From contig CAWFGE010000012.1 of NCBI GenBank assembly GCA_963815195.1, positions 224,001 through 288,000 of the forward strand: DNA of 64,000 bases. The letters are read 5' to 3'. Below the pieces are notes generated by a model, which did not search any database, was not told the DNA's origin, and saw only the letters and a program-made list of their open reading frames with translations. Source of the DNA: an uncultured Planctomycetaceae bacterium (GTDB lineage: Bacteria; Planctomycetota; Planctomycetia; Planctomycetales; Planctomycetaceae). Position numbers and translations under genes: made by a program. Positions 44,053 to 54,505 of this stretch are shown piece after piece (the stretch's first letter is position 1; the number at the start of each line of letters is the position of its first letter).

Positions 44053-44213
44053 CGGCAGTCCAATGGGGGCGGAGATTGCGGCAAAGATTGGGAGAAAAAG
44101 GCGTGGCCCAGCTTTCTTTGTAGCATGCCGCGACCCTAATCGTCAAGAACTTGTTGATGGATGCGGAGTTGGGAACAGAAGGAAACGGAGGCGACAAAGG
44201 TTGTCCTTTAATG

Positions 44214-44582
44214 TTAACCGGCGCTCGGCAGCATGTCTTTCAGATTGTCCGGCCGGGGGAGTTCGAGTTCGAGAATCGCCAGACCCAGCGTTTTGCCTTG
44301 GCTGTCGATCCGGAGCGACCCGCTCGCACCGCCGGCGAGGACGTCGCGGAGCAAGAAGTTGTAGGCCCCAATGCCCGAAAGCGCAAACCGCTCCACCGAT
44401 TTCGGGCGCAAGGGCAGAAAGAACTCCGCCACGCGAACTTCCGTCAGCACCCGGCCGAGGTATTCAAACCCGGCCTCTGTGTAAGCGATCACGCCCACGT
44501 TGGCGTGGTTGCCTTTGTCGCCCGAACGGGCGTGGGCGATGTCTTTCAAGCGAATGCGGGCCGGGAATGTGGGATCGGTCAT
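44214..44582 (-). CDS. AtuA C-terminal-like small protein
   Basis: LKDIAHARSGDKGNHANVG...SLRIDSQGK; start overlaps the upstream stop. Confidence 0.85.
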   Translation of the reverse strand: MTDPTFPARIRLKDIAHARSGDKGNHANVGVIAYTEAGFEYLGRVLTEVRVAEFFLPLRPKSVERFALSGIGAYNFLLRDVLAGGASGSLRIDSQGKTLGLAILELELPRPDNLKDMLPSAG

Positions 44583-45961
44583 GCCTGCCACTCCTTTGCG
44601 GATTGCACTTGGACGGTCGGGGCGACGCGGTCGCGGGCGATGCTCGTCGGCCAGAACGCGAGCACCGGGAAAGGCTTCGCGCGGGGTCCGGTATAACCCG
44701 TGACGCCCGGCGGTCCCGAGGTGACCAGAGGCGCGATGTCCCGCACCATGCGATCCAATGTTTCCCGCTTCGGATCGCGCGGAAATCCGCAGCACGACTT
44801 CGCCGGGACCAAACGCGTCGTCGGTTGTTCGCGGCCAAATGCCGGGAAGCGAATCGCCCGCTCCGAGGACTTCGTATTGGAATTGTGCCGGCGAGCAACC
44901 GGCCGATTGCAGCCGATCGAAAATCATCTCGCCAGAGGCTCTGGCTTTTCGCTCCGCGTGTCGTCCGCAGATCACCAGCATTGCGGCGACCGCATAGCCG
45001 TCGCGATACGCCAGGGAAACTTTGAACCGCTCTGGGGCCGATCGGCCCTTGGCTCCTTCCACCGTCACGCGATCCTGCTCCGACGGCGTCAAGCGGACGT
45101 TGGAAAAATTCGCGTCCACGTCGGGCGTCAGATAATGCTCCGGATCGCCGATCTCGTAGATCAATTGTTCGGAAAGCGTGCGGGTGCTCACCTCGCCATC
45201 GCTGCCGGGCGGTTTGGTGATCGCTACCTCGCCGGCTTCGCTGAGTTCCGCGATCGGATAGCCCACATTGGCGAGCGGCAGGTTGTCCGACCAATCCGAA
45301 AACATCCCGCCCGTGGCTTGGGCGCCGCATTCGATCAAATGCCCCGCCACGGTCGCCGCCGCCAATCGGTCCCAATCGTCCCAGGCCCAACCGAACTCCG
45401 CGACGGCCGGCCCCACGGTCAGCGAAGCATCGGCACACCGGCCCGTGATGACGATGCGGGCGTCTTGATTTAAGGCCTCCACAATTCCCGCCGCCCCCAG
45501 GTAAGCGTTGACGCTGACCATCTTCTCCGCACGCACGCCCAACGCTTCGCCGGTTTCGATGTGGGCAAACTCTTCGCCCCCGGCGGTCAATTCGCCAAAC
45601 CGCGAGAGCAAATCATCTCCCGTGACCATGCCGATGCGGACATCCGGCAAGCCGTTTTCGCTCAGAATCCGCGCGGCTTCTTTCGCGCAACGGGGAATAT
45701 TCATCCCGCCGGCGTTGGTGACGATTTTGAGCCGGGGCTGCGCCAGAGCGCGGGCATCAAGCTTTCGAGCGCGACGGGAAAATCCGTCACGAACCCGGCC
45801 TTTGGATCGCGGGACCGCTGATGGGCCAGGACGGAAAGCGTCAATTCCGCGAGGTATTCGAGCGTGAGATAATCCACCTCCGCCGCTTCCACGGTCCGCC
45901 GCGGCGCTTCGAGCCAATCCCCCCAAAACCCGGCCCCGTTCGCAATTCGAATCGTTGGCAT
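44579..45961 (-). CDS. Acyclic terpene utilization AtuA (DUF1446) family protein (frameshifts near 45745 and 44765)
   Basis: IRIANGAGFWGD, EYLAELT, NAGGMN, NAYLGA, ITGRCAD, GHLIECG, EQLIYEI. Confidence 0.88.
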
Positions 45962-46233
45962 TTTGCTCTTTCCCAAAACCGAAGTCGCCCTTCTCTTCTC
46001 CGCCGCTGCCGTCTAAAGTACGATTTGCAGGACCGGCTGTCCATGAGTGTGCCACTGGCCTTCACCATTTCGTATCCGAAACCTGATCGATTTCTGGAGG
46101 CACTCGCCCGAAAGGCATTGTCACACTTTAAGCACTGGCAAAGCCAGTGGCACACCATGCGTTTCCTACTTTTTTGAAACACACCGCAACCGGTCCATAT
46201 CGCCCCCCCAACCCCTGGCCCCTGACCTGTTTT

Positions 46234-47091
46234 ATGACCTCCTCCCGGTTTTCCGCCGATTATTCTTCGTTGCCCTTCGAAGCGTCTTCCTCGATTGAAA
46301 TCCCCGACGGGTTTTCGATGGAAGAGGTCGAGCAGTTTTCGCGCGAAGGCTATGTGATCGCCCGGAATATCGCGGACGAAACCCTGCGGCTGGAAATGCA
46401 GCGGGTCACCCTCGAAGGCTTGGGCCGGGAGATCGGGCCGCTCGAATACGAAGCCGACTTGCATTACCCCGGGGCGCCGGAGTCCCGCGACATGCCCGGC
46501 GGCCGGACGGTTCGCCGGCTGAAAAACGCCCTCGGCCGGCATCCGGCGTTCTGTGAATGGCTCGCGCAGCCTTCGCTCGTCAATCGGCTCCGGCAGCTGT
46601 TGGGGCCGGAGTTGGTGATCCCGCTCGCCCATCACAACTGCATCATGACGAAACAGCCCGAGTTCAGCAGCGACACGGGCTGGCATCAGGACATCCGCTA
46701 CTGGTCCTTCACCCGGCCGGAGTTGGTCAGCGTCTGGCTGGCATTGGGGCCTGAAACGAAACAGAACGGCTGTTTGCGTCTCATCCCCGGCACCCATCGG
46801 ATGACCTTTGAACGCCATCGCTTTGACGACGATCTTTTTCTGCGGGAGGGCGTCGCGGAGAACGTTCCGCTGATCGAATCGCAAATCCCGGCGGAGTTGG
46901 AGCCGGGGGATGTGCTGTTCTTTCACTGCCGAACCTTCCACGCCGCCAGCCGGAACTACACGCCGGACCCCAAGTTTTCCGTCGTGTTCACGGTGCGGCC
47001 GGCGGACAATCCGCCCTTGCCGGGCACGCGGTCGGCGTCGATGCCGGAGTTATTGATCTCCTCCTTCACCGGCCGCGAAATTTCGCCGTGA
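46234..47091 (+). CDS. Phytanoyl-CoA dioxygenase (PhyH) family Fe/2OG enzyme
   Basis: WHQD, NGCLRLIPGTH, GDVLFFH...HA facial-triad motifs. Confidence 0.9.
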   Translation: MTSSRFSADYSSLPFEASSSIEIPDGFSMEEVEQFSREGYVIARNIADETLRLEMQRVTLEGLGREIGPLEYEADLHYPGAPESRDMPGGRTVRRLKNALGRHPAFCEWLAQPSLVNRLRQLLGPELVIPLAHHNCIMTKQPEFSSDTGWHQDIRYWSFTRPELVSVWLALGPETKQNGCLRLIPGTHRMTFERHRFDDDLFLREGVAENVPLIESQIPAELEPGDVLFFHCRTFHAASRNYTPDPKFSVVFTVRPADNPPLPGTRSASMPELLISSFTGREISP

Positions 47092-47132
47092 TCGCTCTCC
47101 AGGGCAAGATGCCGCCGCTACGAAAGACGCAG

Positions 47133-47745
47133 TCAGCGTTCGTAGGTGCCGACGAGTTCTCCCTCGGCGAGGATGTGGCCGTTCATGGCTGCGCGAAGCT
47201 GCTGTTTCGTGAGGCCAGGTTCGAGATCGAGCGCTTCGTTGAGCGCATAGATCTTGAAGTGGTAATGGTGGACCCCGTGCCCCTTGGGAGGCGCGGGGCC
47301 GCCGAAGCCCGTCTTTTTGAAATCGTTCACGCCCTGCACCGCGTGGATAGGTTCGGAAAGCGTCTTGGCGTGCGGGAGATCCTGCGGAAGACCCTCCAGC
47401 TCGCCGGGCAATCCATAGATCACCCAATGCACCCACGGCTCGTCGCGCGGGGCGTCGGGGTCGTCCACAATCAGCGCCAACTGTTTGGTTCCCTCGGGCA
47501 CGTTCGCCCAATGGAGCGGGGGCGAGATGTCGTCCCCGTCGGCGGTGAATTTTGGGGATTTTCTTCTGCGGCCCAAACGCGGGGCTTGTGACTTGGATGG
47601 TCATCGGAACCTCCTTTTGGCTCTCCTGGGTTGCGGGCGATTTGGTGTCCGCGGGATCGGAATTCCCGCAGCCCGCCGCACTGCAAAGGATCAACACGGC
47701 CAACCCCCACGCCGGCCGGCTTGAACGAATACCACGACTCTTCAT
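47133..47745 (-). CDS. YbhB/YbcL (PEBP/Raf kinase inhibitor-like) lipoprotein (frameshift in an A-run near 47550)
   Basis: Lipobox AAGC; DDPDAP...WVHW, GPAPPKGHGVHHYHF. Confidence 0.88.
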
Positions 47746-47854
47746 GCGATCGATCCTCCTGACGGAACGTCCCCGACGAATTGGCTGCCACGCTCCAAAG
47801 TTCAGCAAAGCGCGCACCACCCAAAACTTGCTTCGGAGACGCACCCGCGGGTGA

Positions 47855-48391
47855 TCAGAGGTTGGGCGCGGGCGGGAAGTCGAGTTTCGTACCGTTGACA
47901 TGGTTGAACAGATTGGAATAAGTCGCCAGACCGATATACGCGATGGCCTCGGCGATCTGGCCGTCGGTGTAGCCCGCATCGCGGACGGCGGCGATTTCGG
48001 AATCGTCCACGAATCCGTGCGTCTCGATCACGCGCGTCACGAATTTGAGCAAGGCCTGGTGCTTTTCGGACTGGGCTTCAAACCGGCGGATGCTCAAGAT
48101 TTCGTCATCGCTCAGCCCGGCTTTCTTGGCGAGCAGCGTGTGCGCCGAAACGCAGTATTGGCAGTTGTTCCCCTGGCTCACACCGAGGTAGACGACTTCG
48201 CGGTCTTGCGGCGAGAGCTCGCCGTGGCCGAGCGCTCCGGACATGGACAGATACGCTTTCAACGCCGCCGGGCTGTTTCCCATGCCCTGGAAGATGTTGA
48301 TCACCTTGCCCATCTTTTTCGTCAAGTCGTCGTAGATTTCCTTGACCTGTCCGGTGGCGTCTTCGGGTTTGACGACATTCAATCGGGGCAT
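47855..48391 (-). CDS. AhpD-like / carboxymuconolactone decarboxylase family peroxidase-related protein
   Basis: REVVYLGVSQGNNCQYCVSAH. Confidence 0.9.
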   Translation of the reverse strand: MPRLNVVKPEDATGQVKEIYDDLTKKMGKVINIFQGMGNSPAALKAYLSMSGALGHGELSPQDREVVYLGVSQGNNCQYCVSAHTLLAKKAGLSDDEILSIRRFEAQSEKHQALLKFVTRVIETHGFVDDSEIAAVRDAGYTDGQIAEAIAYIGLATYSNLFNHVNGTKLDFPPAPNL

Positions 48392-48501
48392 GTTCGGCTC
48401 CTCAGCGGTTTGAGAGTTCATGGGGACACAACAGCCCGTATCCTATCCCGACAAGACGCAAGAGTTCAATAAAGGCGCATTGCACAAACGCAGGTGGGAC
48501 T

Positions 48502-48540
48502 TGGGTGGCACGCCCTTCGTTCCTCAGGGCGTGCCACCCA
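48502..48540. repeat. Hairpin, possible terminator or REP, downstream of the REC-GDH gene
   Basis: tgggtggcacgccct-tcgttcctc-agggcgtgccaccca. A degenerate relative begins near 58881. Confidence 0.65.
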
Positions 48541-48616
48541 AGTCCGTACCGACTTCTGTGAAACACACACTCGTTGAGTTTGTGACCGACGTCCGCTGAC
48601 TTCGTGCGCGCGGCTC

Positions 48617-50272
48617 TCACGGGAACAGGCCGCGGGCGAGTTTGGCGGCGGCGACGCGTTCGATGCCTTCGATCATCGCGGCCGTGCGCATGTCGATCTT
48701 TTCCTCCTGGGCGCGGTTGAACGTGCGGTTGAACCCATCGGTAAGAATGTGCCGCAGCCGTTCGTTGACTTCGCTCAAGGTCCACATGTAGTTCTGGATG
48801 TCCTGGACCCATTCGAAATACGACACCGTCACCCCGCCCGCGTTGGCGAGGATGTCCGGCAGGATGAACACGCCTTTGCGGTTGAGCACTTCGTCGGCTT
48901 CCAGAGTCGTCGGGCCGTTGGCGCCTTCGGCGAGGATCTTGCAGTCGATGCGGTCCACGTTCTCCGCGGTGATCTGGCTTTGCAGGGCCGCGGGCACGAG
49001 CACATCGCAGGAGAGTTCCAGAAGCTCCGCGTTGGTGATCGCTTCGCCGTGGGGGCAGCCTTCGAGGAAGCGGTGCTCGCGGACATACTCCCGAAGCAGC
49101 GACACCGAAAGGCCCTTGGGGTTAAAGAGCCCGGTGGTCGCATCGCTGACGCCGATGATCCGCACGCCGTTTTCTTCAAGGAACTGGGCCACGTGGCTGC
49201 CGACGTTCCCGAAGCCTTGAATGACGGCCGTCGATTGGTTGAGGTTGATTTTCTCATGGCGGGCGGCTTCTTCGATGAGATACACCACGCCGCGCCCGGT
49301 GGCGGCTTCGCGGCCTTGGGCGCCGCCGAGGACCAAGGGTTTGCCCGTGACGACCGCCGGGACCGCGTAGCCGACCTGCTCGCTGTAGGTGTCCATGATC
49401 CAGGCCATCACGCGTTCGTTGGTGCCCATGTCCGGGGCGGGGATGTCTTTGTCCGGGCCGATCATCGTGCCGATCTCGGAAGCGAACCGGCGGGTGAGCC
49501 GCTGGAGTTCGTGGCTGGTGAGTCCGGTGGGATCGATCCGCACGCCGCCCTTCGCTCCGCCGAACGGGAGGTGCATCAGGGCGCACTTCCAGGTCATCCA
49601 CATGGCGAGCGCGGAGACTTCGCCCAGGCTCACGTCCTGGTGATAGCGGATCCCGCCTTTGGTCGGCCCCATCGTGAGCAGGTGCTGCACGCGGTAGCCG
49701 AAGACGGTCTCGACTTCCATGTATTTGTCCCGCCGGAAGGGAAACGCGGTGACCAGGGTCCGCTGCGGAAACAACAGCCGCTGGCGGATGTTGTCATCGA
49801 GTCCCATGAGCTGGGCCGCCTTGAGGAACTGCCGCTGCGCGAGGCGGAACATCGGCGAGTCCCACTCGGCGTCGCGGACGCGGGTGCGTTCCAAGGCGTA
49901 GCGGAGCGAACGGGCGAGCACCGAGGCGTTGAGCTGCGTCTTGACGAGGTAATCCTGGGCACCGGCTTCCACCGCCCGCGCGGCGAGCTTGATGTCATCG
50001 ACGCCGGTGACGATCACCACCGGCAAATGCGGCATATGGGCGCGGACGCGGATAAACGTTTCCAGGTCCTGGCTGTCGGGCAGCGTGAGATCCAAGAGCA
50101 CCAGCTCAATATCCCCCCGGTCCAGTCGCGAGAGGCCTTCGGACAACTGCCCGGCGGTTTGCAAATCAAACGCGGGCGCCCGCGAGCTGGCGAGCAGGTT
50201 GTCGATCAGCTTGACGTGGATGGGATTGTCTTCGATCAATAGCACGCGGATGTGCGTTGAGGCATCGTTCAT
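48617..50272 (-). CDS. Receiver (REC) domain - glutamate dehydrogenase fusion
   Basis: Start MNDASTHIRVLLIEDN. REC: LLDLTLPD, IVTG, AQDYLVK. GDH: TKGGIRY, MTWK, GGAKGG, PAPD, QGFGNVG, EGANGP, NAGGVTVSYFEW. Confidence 0.93.
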   Translation of the reverse strand: MNDASTHIRVLLIEDNPIHVKLIDNLLASSRAPAFDLQTAGQLSEGLSRLDRGDIELVLLDLTLPDSQDLETFIRVRAHMPHLPVVIVTGVDDIKLAARAVEAGAQDYLVKTQLNASVLARSLRYALERTRVRDAEWDSPMFRLAQRQFLKAAQLMGLDDNIRQRLLFPQRTLVTAFPFRRDKYMEVETVFGYRVQHLLTMGPTKGGIRYHQDVSLGEVSALAMWMTWKCALMHLPFGGAKGGVRIDPTGLTSHELQRLTRRFASEIGTMIGPDKDIPAPDMGTNERVMAWIMDTYSEQVGYAVPAVVTGKPLVLGGAQGREAATGRGVVYLIEEAARHEKINLNQSTAVIQGFGNVGSHVAQFLEENGVRIIGVSDATTGLFNPKGLSVSLLREYVREHRFLEGCPHGEAITNAELLELSCDVLVPAALQSQITAENVDRIDCKILAEGANGPTTLEADEVLNRKGVFILPDILANAGGVTVSYFEWVQDIQNYMWTLSEVNERLRHILTDGFNRTFNRAQEEKIDMRTAAMIEGIERVAAAKLARGLFP

Positions 50273-53200
50273 GAGGTTTCCTCCTGGAGGGCGTCGCTCT
50301 CGATCCGGCGGGTCAAAAGCGGGGTCAATCGGTCGAGTTCGGTTTCCAACTCTGTGCAGGCGGCCGGGGCCTCTTCGAGCCGGCCTTCCTTGGCGAGCGT
50401 CTCCAGATGGAGCGCCGCCGCGGTCGCTTTTTCGGCGGCGAAGATGGCGGCGGAGCCTTTGATGGTGTGGGCCGCCCGCCGCAAGGACTTTGCGTCCCCG
50501 GACGCGAGCGCGTCCTGGCATTCCTTGAGGAGCTTCGGCGTTTCCTCCAGGAACATCGCCGCCATGTCGCGAAGCGCATCGGAGGCGATCTCCGCTTGCC
50601 GAACGGCCTTGTCCCAATCCAAAACCTCGCGCGATTCCGCGGGCGGTTGCGGGGACGGCTTTTCGGCGTCTTGGGGTTTCTGTTTCGGTTCCATGGCGGG
50701 CAATTCCTCGAAAGGCGGGGCGGCGGGATGGGACAGGATTTCTTCGATGGAGGCGAACAACTCGCCGGCGCGGACGGGCTTGGAGACATAGCCGTCCATC
50801 CCGGCGTCGAGGCATTGCTCGCGGTCGCCTTTCATCGCGTGCGCGGTCATGGCGATGATGGGAATGTGATGCCCGCCGTCGTGCTCGTGCTCCCGGTGCC
50901 GGATGGTCTTGGTCGCCGAGAGCCCGTCCATTTCCGGCATTTGCACATCCATCAGAATCAAGTCGAAGGGATGCGATTCCCAAAGCCAAACGGCCTCCCG
51001 GCCGTTGTTCGCCACGGTGACGTGATGTCCGTGCGGCTCGAGCTGCGCGAGCGCGAGCTTTTGATTGACCAGGCTGTCCTCGGCGAGCAGGATTCTTAAA
51101 CGAGGCAGCCGGGCGGCGATTTCGTGGGCGGGGACATCGGACGCGGTCTCGCCCGTCGCGTCGGCCACGCCCAACGTCCTCGCGATGACGTTGAACAACT
51201 CCGATTGCTTGACTGGTTTCGTGAGATACGCCGCGATCCCCAAATCCTGGCAGCGGGAGAGTTCTTCCCGGCGGTCGTTGGAGGTGAGCATCATCGTGAT
51301 CGCGCTCCCTAATCCGGGATCGTGCTGGATGGCCTCGGCGACGCTGAAACCGTCAAGCCCCGGCATGTTCGCGTCGATCAGGATCAGATCGAACGCGTGG
51401 CCTTCATCCAGATGCTTGCGCATTTCGGGCAGGGCCTCTTCGCTGTGGGTAATTGCGACGGGACACATCCGCCAGTTGCGGAGCGTCTCTTCCAGGATGT
51501 CGCAGTTGGTGCGGTTGTCGTCGACGATCAGCACGCGCAAGCCTTCGAGCCGGCCGTCGGGACGGGGGCGTTTCTTCGGGAGTTGATCCGGAGCCGGGAC
51601 GCCGAACCGGACGGTGAAGTGGAACGTGCTGCCTTCGCCGACCTGGCTTTCGAGCCAGATGCGTCCGCCCATGAGTTCCACGAGGCGGGAGCAGATGGCG
51701 AGTCCCAGCCCCGTGCCGCCGTAGCGTCGGCTGATGGATTCGTCGGCCTGCTCGAAGGCTTGGAAGATTTGCTCTTGCTTGTTCTGAGGGATGCCGCAGC
51801 CGGTGTCGCGGACGGAAAAATGCAGCGTGATGTCTTTTTTCGAGCGGGCGTCCTGGACGGCTTCCAGCACGATCTCGCCGGTGTCGGTGAATTTGATCGC
51901 GTTGCCCACGAGGTTGACGAGAATCTGCCTTAAGCGAAAGCGGTCGCCGCCGACGAAATCGGGGACGTCCGATTCGACTTGCCAGGCGAGTTCGACACCT
52001 TTGCGGTGCGCCCGAAGCGCGAGGGACTTCATCGTGTCGCCGATGTTCTCCCGCAAATCGAAGGGGGCGTATTCCAGGTCGAACCGCCCCGCCTCGATTT
52101 TGGAGAAGTCGAGAATGTCGTTGATCACGTTGAGCAGCGAGTCGGCGGACTCCTGAACCATCGTCAGATGCTCGCGTTGGGTCGGGGTCAAATCGGTGTC
52201 CAAAACGAGTTCGGTCATGCCGATGACGGCGTTCATCGGCGTGCGGATTTCGTGGCTCATGTTGGCGAGGAAGCTGCTTTTCGCGCGGTTGGCGGCCTCG
52301 GCGGCTTCTTTGGCGGTTTCGAGTTCCTCTTTCGCGTGTTTTTCCTCGGTGATGTCATGCAGGAACGCGGCGAACAAAAATCCCGAAGCCTGCCGCACCG
52401 GCGAGATGGTGATTTCGATGGGAAACTCGCGCCCGTCGCGGTGCAGCGCGTTGAGTTCGAGCCGGCGGCTGAGCAGCGGCGCCTCGCCGCTCTCCAAAAA
52501 CCGCTCGATGCCGTGGCGGTGCGCATCGCGAAGCGCATGCGGAATGATCAATTCGGGCATGTCCCGCCCCACCGCTTCCGCCGCCGTCCAGCCGAACGTC
52601 GCCTCGGCCTGCCCGTTCCATTCCTGGATCGTGCTGGCTTCGTCGATGGCAATGAACGCCTCGTGCGCTGTCGCGAGGATCTCGCGGTTCTTTTCGTCGC
52701 GGGCCTTGATTTCCTCCTCGATCTTTTTGGCGGCCGTCACGTTCCGCAGCACGATCACGCCGCCGCGCAAATCGCCCCGGTCGTTTTTGAGCGGCGCTCC
52801 GGTAATGCTGATCCAAACATCGTCCGGCAGATTGGGATTGCGGAGGATGAGTTCCTGCCCGTAAATCGACTCGCCCCGCATGGCGCGGGCCAAAGGCAGA
52901 TTCTCCGGCGGATAAAGCGTCCCGCCGTCGGGCTCGTAGCAACCGTAAAACTGGGGCCAATCTTCGGGAGGCACATCCTCGGGCCCGATGCCCACGATCC
53001 CGCGGGCCGCGGGATTCCAGAGCAGAAACTTTCCGAATTGGTCCGCGACGATCACGCCGTCGTTCATGCTGTCCATGATGGATTGCAGAATGCGCGTCTG
53101 CCGACGGAGTTCTTTTTGGGCTTCGGTGAGTTGGGTGGTTCGCTGTTTGACGCGGTCCTCCAAGCGGTCGCGGGCCTCGGCGAGCTGCTCGGCCATGCGG

Positions 53201-54345
53201 TTGAACGCCGTCCCCAACAGGCCGATTTCATCCCGCGAGGTCACCGGCACGCGGGCATCCAGATCGCCTTGGGCAATGGTGGCGGCGGCTTCGGTCAGGC
53301 GGAAGATCGGCCGCGTCAACCGCCGGGCCAACACAAACGAAGCGATCGCCCCCAAAAGGACGAGGAGGCATTGCAGCCCGATCAGCGTGTTGCGGAGCCG
53401 GGTGACCGGGGCATAGGCTTCGTCCAAATCCATCTTGGCGACCAGGCCCCAGGGGGGATTCTTGTCCGGCTGATAGGAGACCGGCTGGTACGCGGCCAAC
53501 ACGTCGGTTCCATGATAATGCGTGACCTCGGCCCCTTGCTCGCCGTTCAAAGCCCGCGCCATTGGCGGAACATTCCACAGGGGCTCGCTCGAGCCCTTTT
53601 CCCCCGCGGACGAGAACAAAAAGTGGACCGCGTCGCCGCTCCGCCGGCCCACGCGGATCTCGCCGGTCTTCTCCAACCCCGTGCGGTCCTCGACTAAGCT
53701 CCAAAGCCGGGTCGCGTTGTGCTGGACCATCACCACGCCGAGCAAATGATTTTGCTCGCTGCGGATCGGCACCGCGGCATAGGCCAGCCAATTTCCGTCG
53801 ACTTTCTGCGGCACCCCGAGGTGCGGCCGGGTTCGTCCCGCGAGAAAATCCGGATCGTCGGCAAACGACCAGTCCAGATGCGCCGGCTCGGAGGCGGCGA
53901 TCACGTTGCCTTGCGGATTGGTCACCCAGATTTCGTGAATGTTGAGCGTGTTTTCTTGCGCATCCCGCAGAATCTGATCCGCGTTCTTGCGAAACTCCGT
54001 CGGCGTGCTCTTGCCGGTCGCATAATCCTGCAGGAGTTCCACCAGCCGGGTCCGCCCCGCGACCAAGGCCGCCCGTTCGAGTTGCTGATGGGCGTAGGAT
54101 TCCAATCGGGCCGAGCGTTCCGAAGCAATCAACTTCAGCCGATTGTGGATGTTGTCGTGGAGGATGTTTCGCGCGGTGACATACGCCAGGTGCCCCAGGA
54201 GGCCGGCCGTCAGAATCACCACCGTCGCCACGAACAACGTATTTCGCACCAACAGGGAGTGCGGCAGGCGAATGCGGTGTTGGGGCGCCGGGAATTCCGC
54301 GGAATTTGTCTCTGGTTCGTCTCGATCATGCGAGCTCGTCTGCAT
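50269..54345 (-). CDS. Hybrid sensor histidine kinase (TM-Cache-like-TM-HAMP-PAS-PAS-HisKA-HATPase-REC-REC-Hpt)
   Basis: ANMSHEIRTPMN, NLVGNAIKFT, DTGCGI, GGTGLGL, LIDANMP, LMDVQMP, AAHTIKGSA. Confidence 0.95.
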   Translation of the reverse strand: MQTSSHDRDEPETNSAEFPAPQHRIRLPHSLLVRNTLFVATVVILTAGLLGHLAYVTARNILHDNIHNRLKLIASERSARLESYAHQQLERAALVAGRTRLVELLQDYATGKSTPTEFRKNADQILRDAQENTLNIHEIWVTNPQGNVIAASEPAHLDWSFADDPDFLAGRTRPHLGVPQKVDGNWLAYAAVPIRSEQNHLLGVVMVQHNATRLWSLVEDRTGLEKTGEIRVGRRSGDAVHFLFSSAGEKGSSEPLWNVPPMARALNGEQGAEVTHYHGTDVLAAYQPVSYQPDKNPPWGLVAKMDLDEAYAPVTRLRNTLIGLQCLLVLLGAIASFVLARRLTRPIFRLTEAAATIAQGDLDARVPVTSRDEIGLLGTAFNRMAEQLAEARDRLEDRVKQRTTQLTEAQKELRRQTRILQSIMDSMNDGVIVADQFGKFLLWNPAARGIVGIGPEDVPPEDWPQFYGCYEPDGGTLYPPENLPLARAMRGESIYGQELILRNPNLPDDVWISITGAPLKNDRGDLRGGVIVLRNVTAAKKIEEEIKARDEKNREILATAHEAFIAIDEASTIQEWNGQAEATFGWTAAEAVGRDMPELIIPHALRDAHRHGIERFLESGEAPLLSRRLELNALHRDGREFPIEITISPVRQASGFLFAAFLHDITEEKHAKEELETAKEAAEAANRAKSSFLANMSHEIRTPMNAVIGMTELVLDTDLTPTQREHLTMVQESADSLLNVINDILDFSKIEAGRFDLEYAPFDLRENIGDTMKSLALRAHRKGVELAWQVESDVPDFVGGDRFRLRQILVNLVGNAIKFTDTGEIVLEAVQDARSKKDITLHFSVRDTGCGIPQNKQEQIFQAFEQADESISRRYGGTGLGLAICSRLVELMGGRIWLESQVGEGSTFHFTVRFGVPAPDQLPKKRPRPDGRLEGLRVLIVDDNRTNCDILEETLRNWRMCPVAITHSEEALPEMRKHLDEGHAFDLILIDANMPGLDGFSVAEAIQHDPGLGSAITMMLTSNDRREELSRCQDLGIAAYLTKPVKQSELFNVIARTLGVADATGETASDVPAHEIAARLPRLRILLAEDSLVNQKLALAQLEPHGHHVTVANNGREAVWLWESHPFDLILMDVQMPEMDGLSATKTIRHREHEHDGGHHIPIIAMTAHAMKGDREQCLDAGMDGYVSKPVRAGELFASIEEILSHPAAPPFEELPAMEPKQKPQDAEKPSPQPPAESREVLDWDKAVRQAEIASDALRDMAAMFLEETPKLLKECQDALASGDAKSLRRAAHTIKGSAAIFAAEKATAAALHLETLAKEGRLEEAPAACTELETELDRLTPLLTRRIESDALQEETS

Positions 54346-54505
54346 GGCGTCCCCTTAGGAGAAAGAACCGCCCTGAGTTTGAATTTTAGGACCCGCCGCC
54401 CCGGCCGGCAAGACCCTAACGAAAGTTCTCCAGGAGGCGGAAGTCCCGACCAGGGAAGGATTTCAGCTCAGCCGCCCGCGGCCGGAACCAGCGGGACTCA
54501 GGCGG

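Noticed and set aside
44214..46055. Apparent 613-aa single AtuA ORF
   Set aside because: It is a chimera of frames. AtuA starts at 45961 and ends at 44579, and the small gene starts at 44582.
50273..50989. N-terminal ~240 aa of the 790-aa ORF 48617..50989
   Set aside because: It is an off-frame overlap with the kinase gene. The real start is the ATG at 50272, preceded by ggagg.
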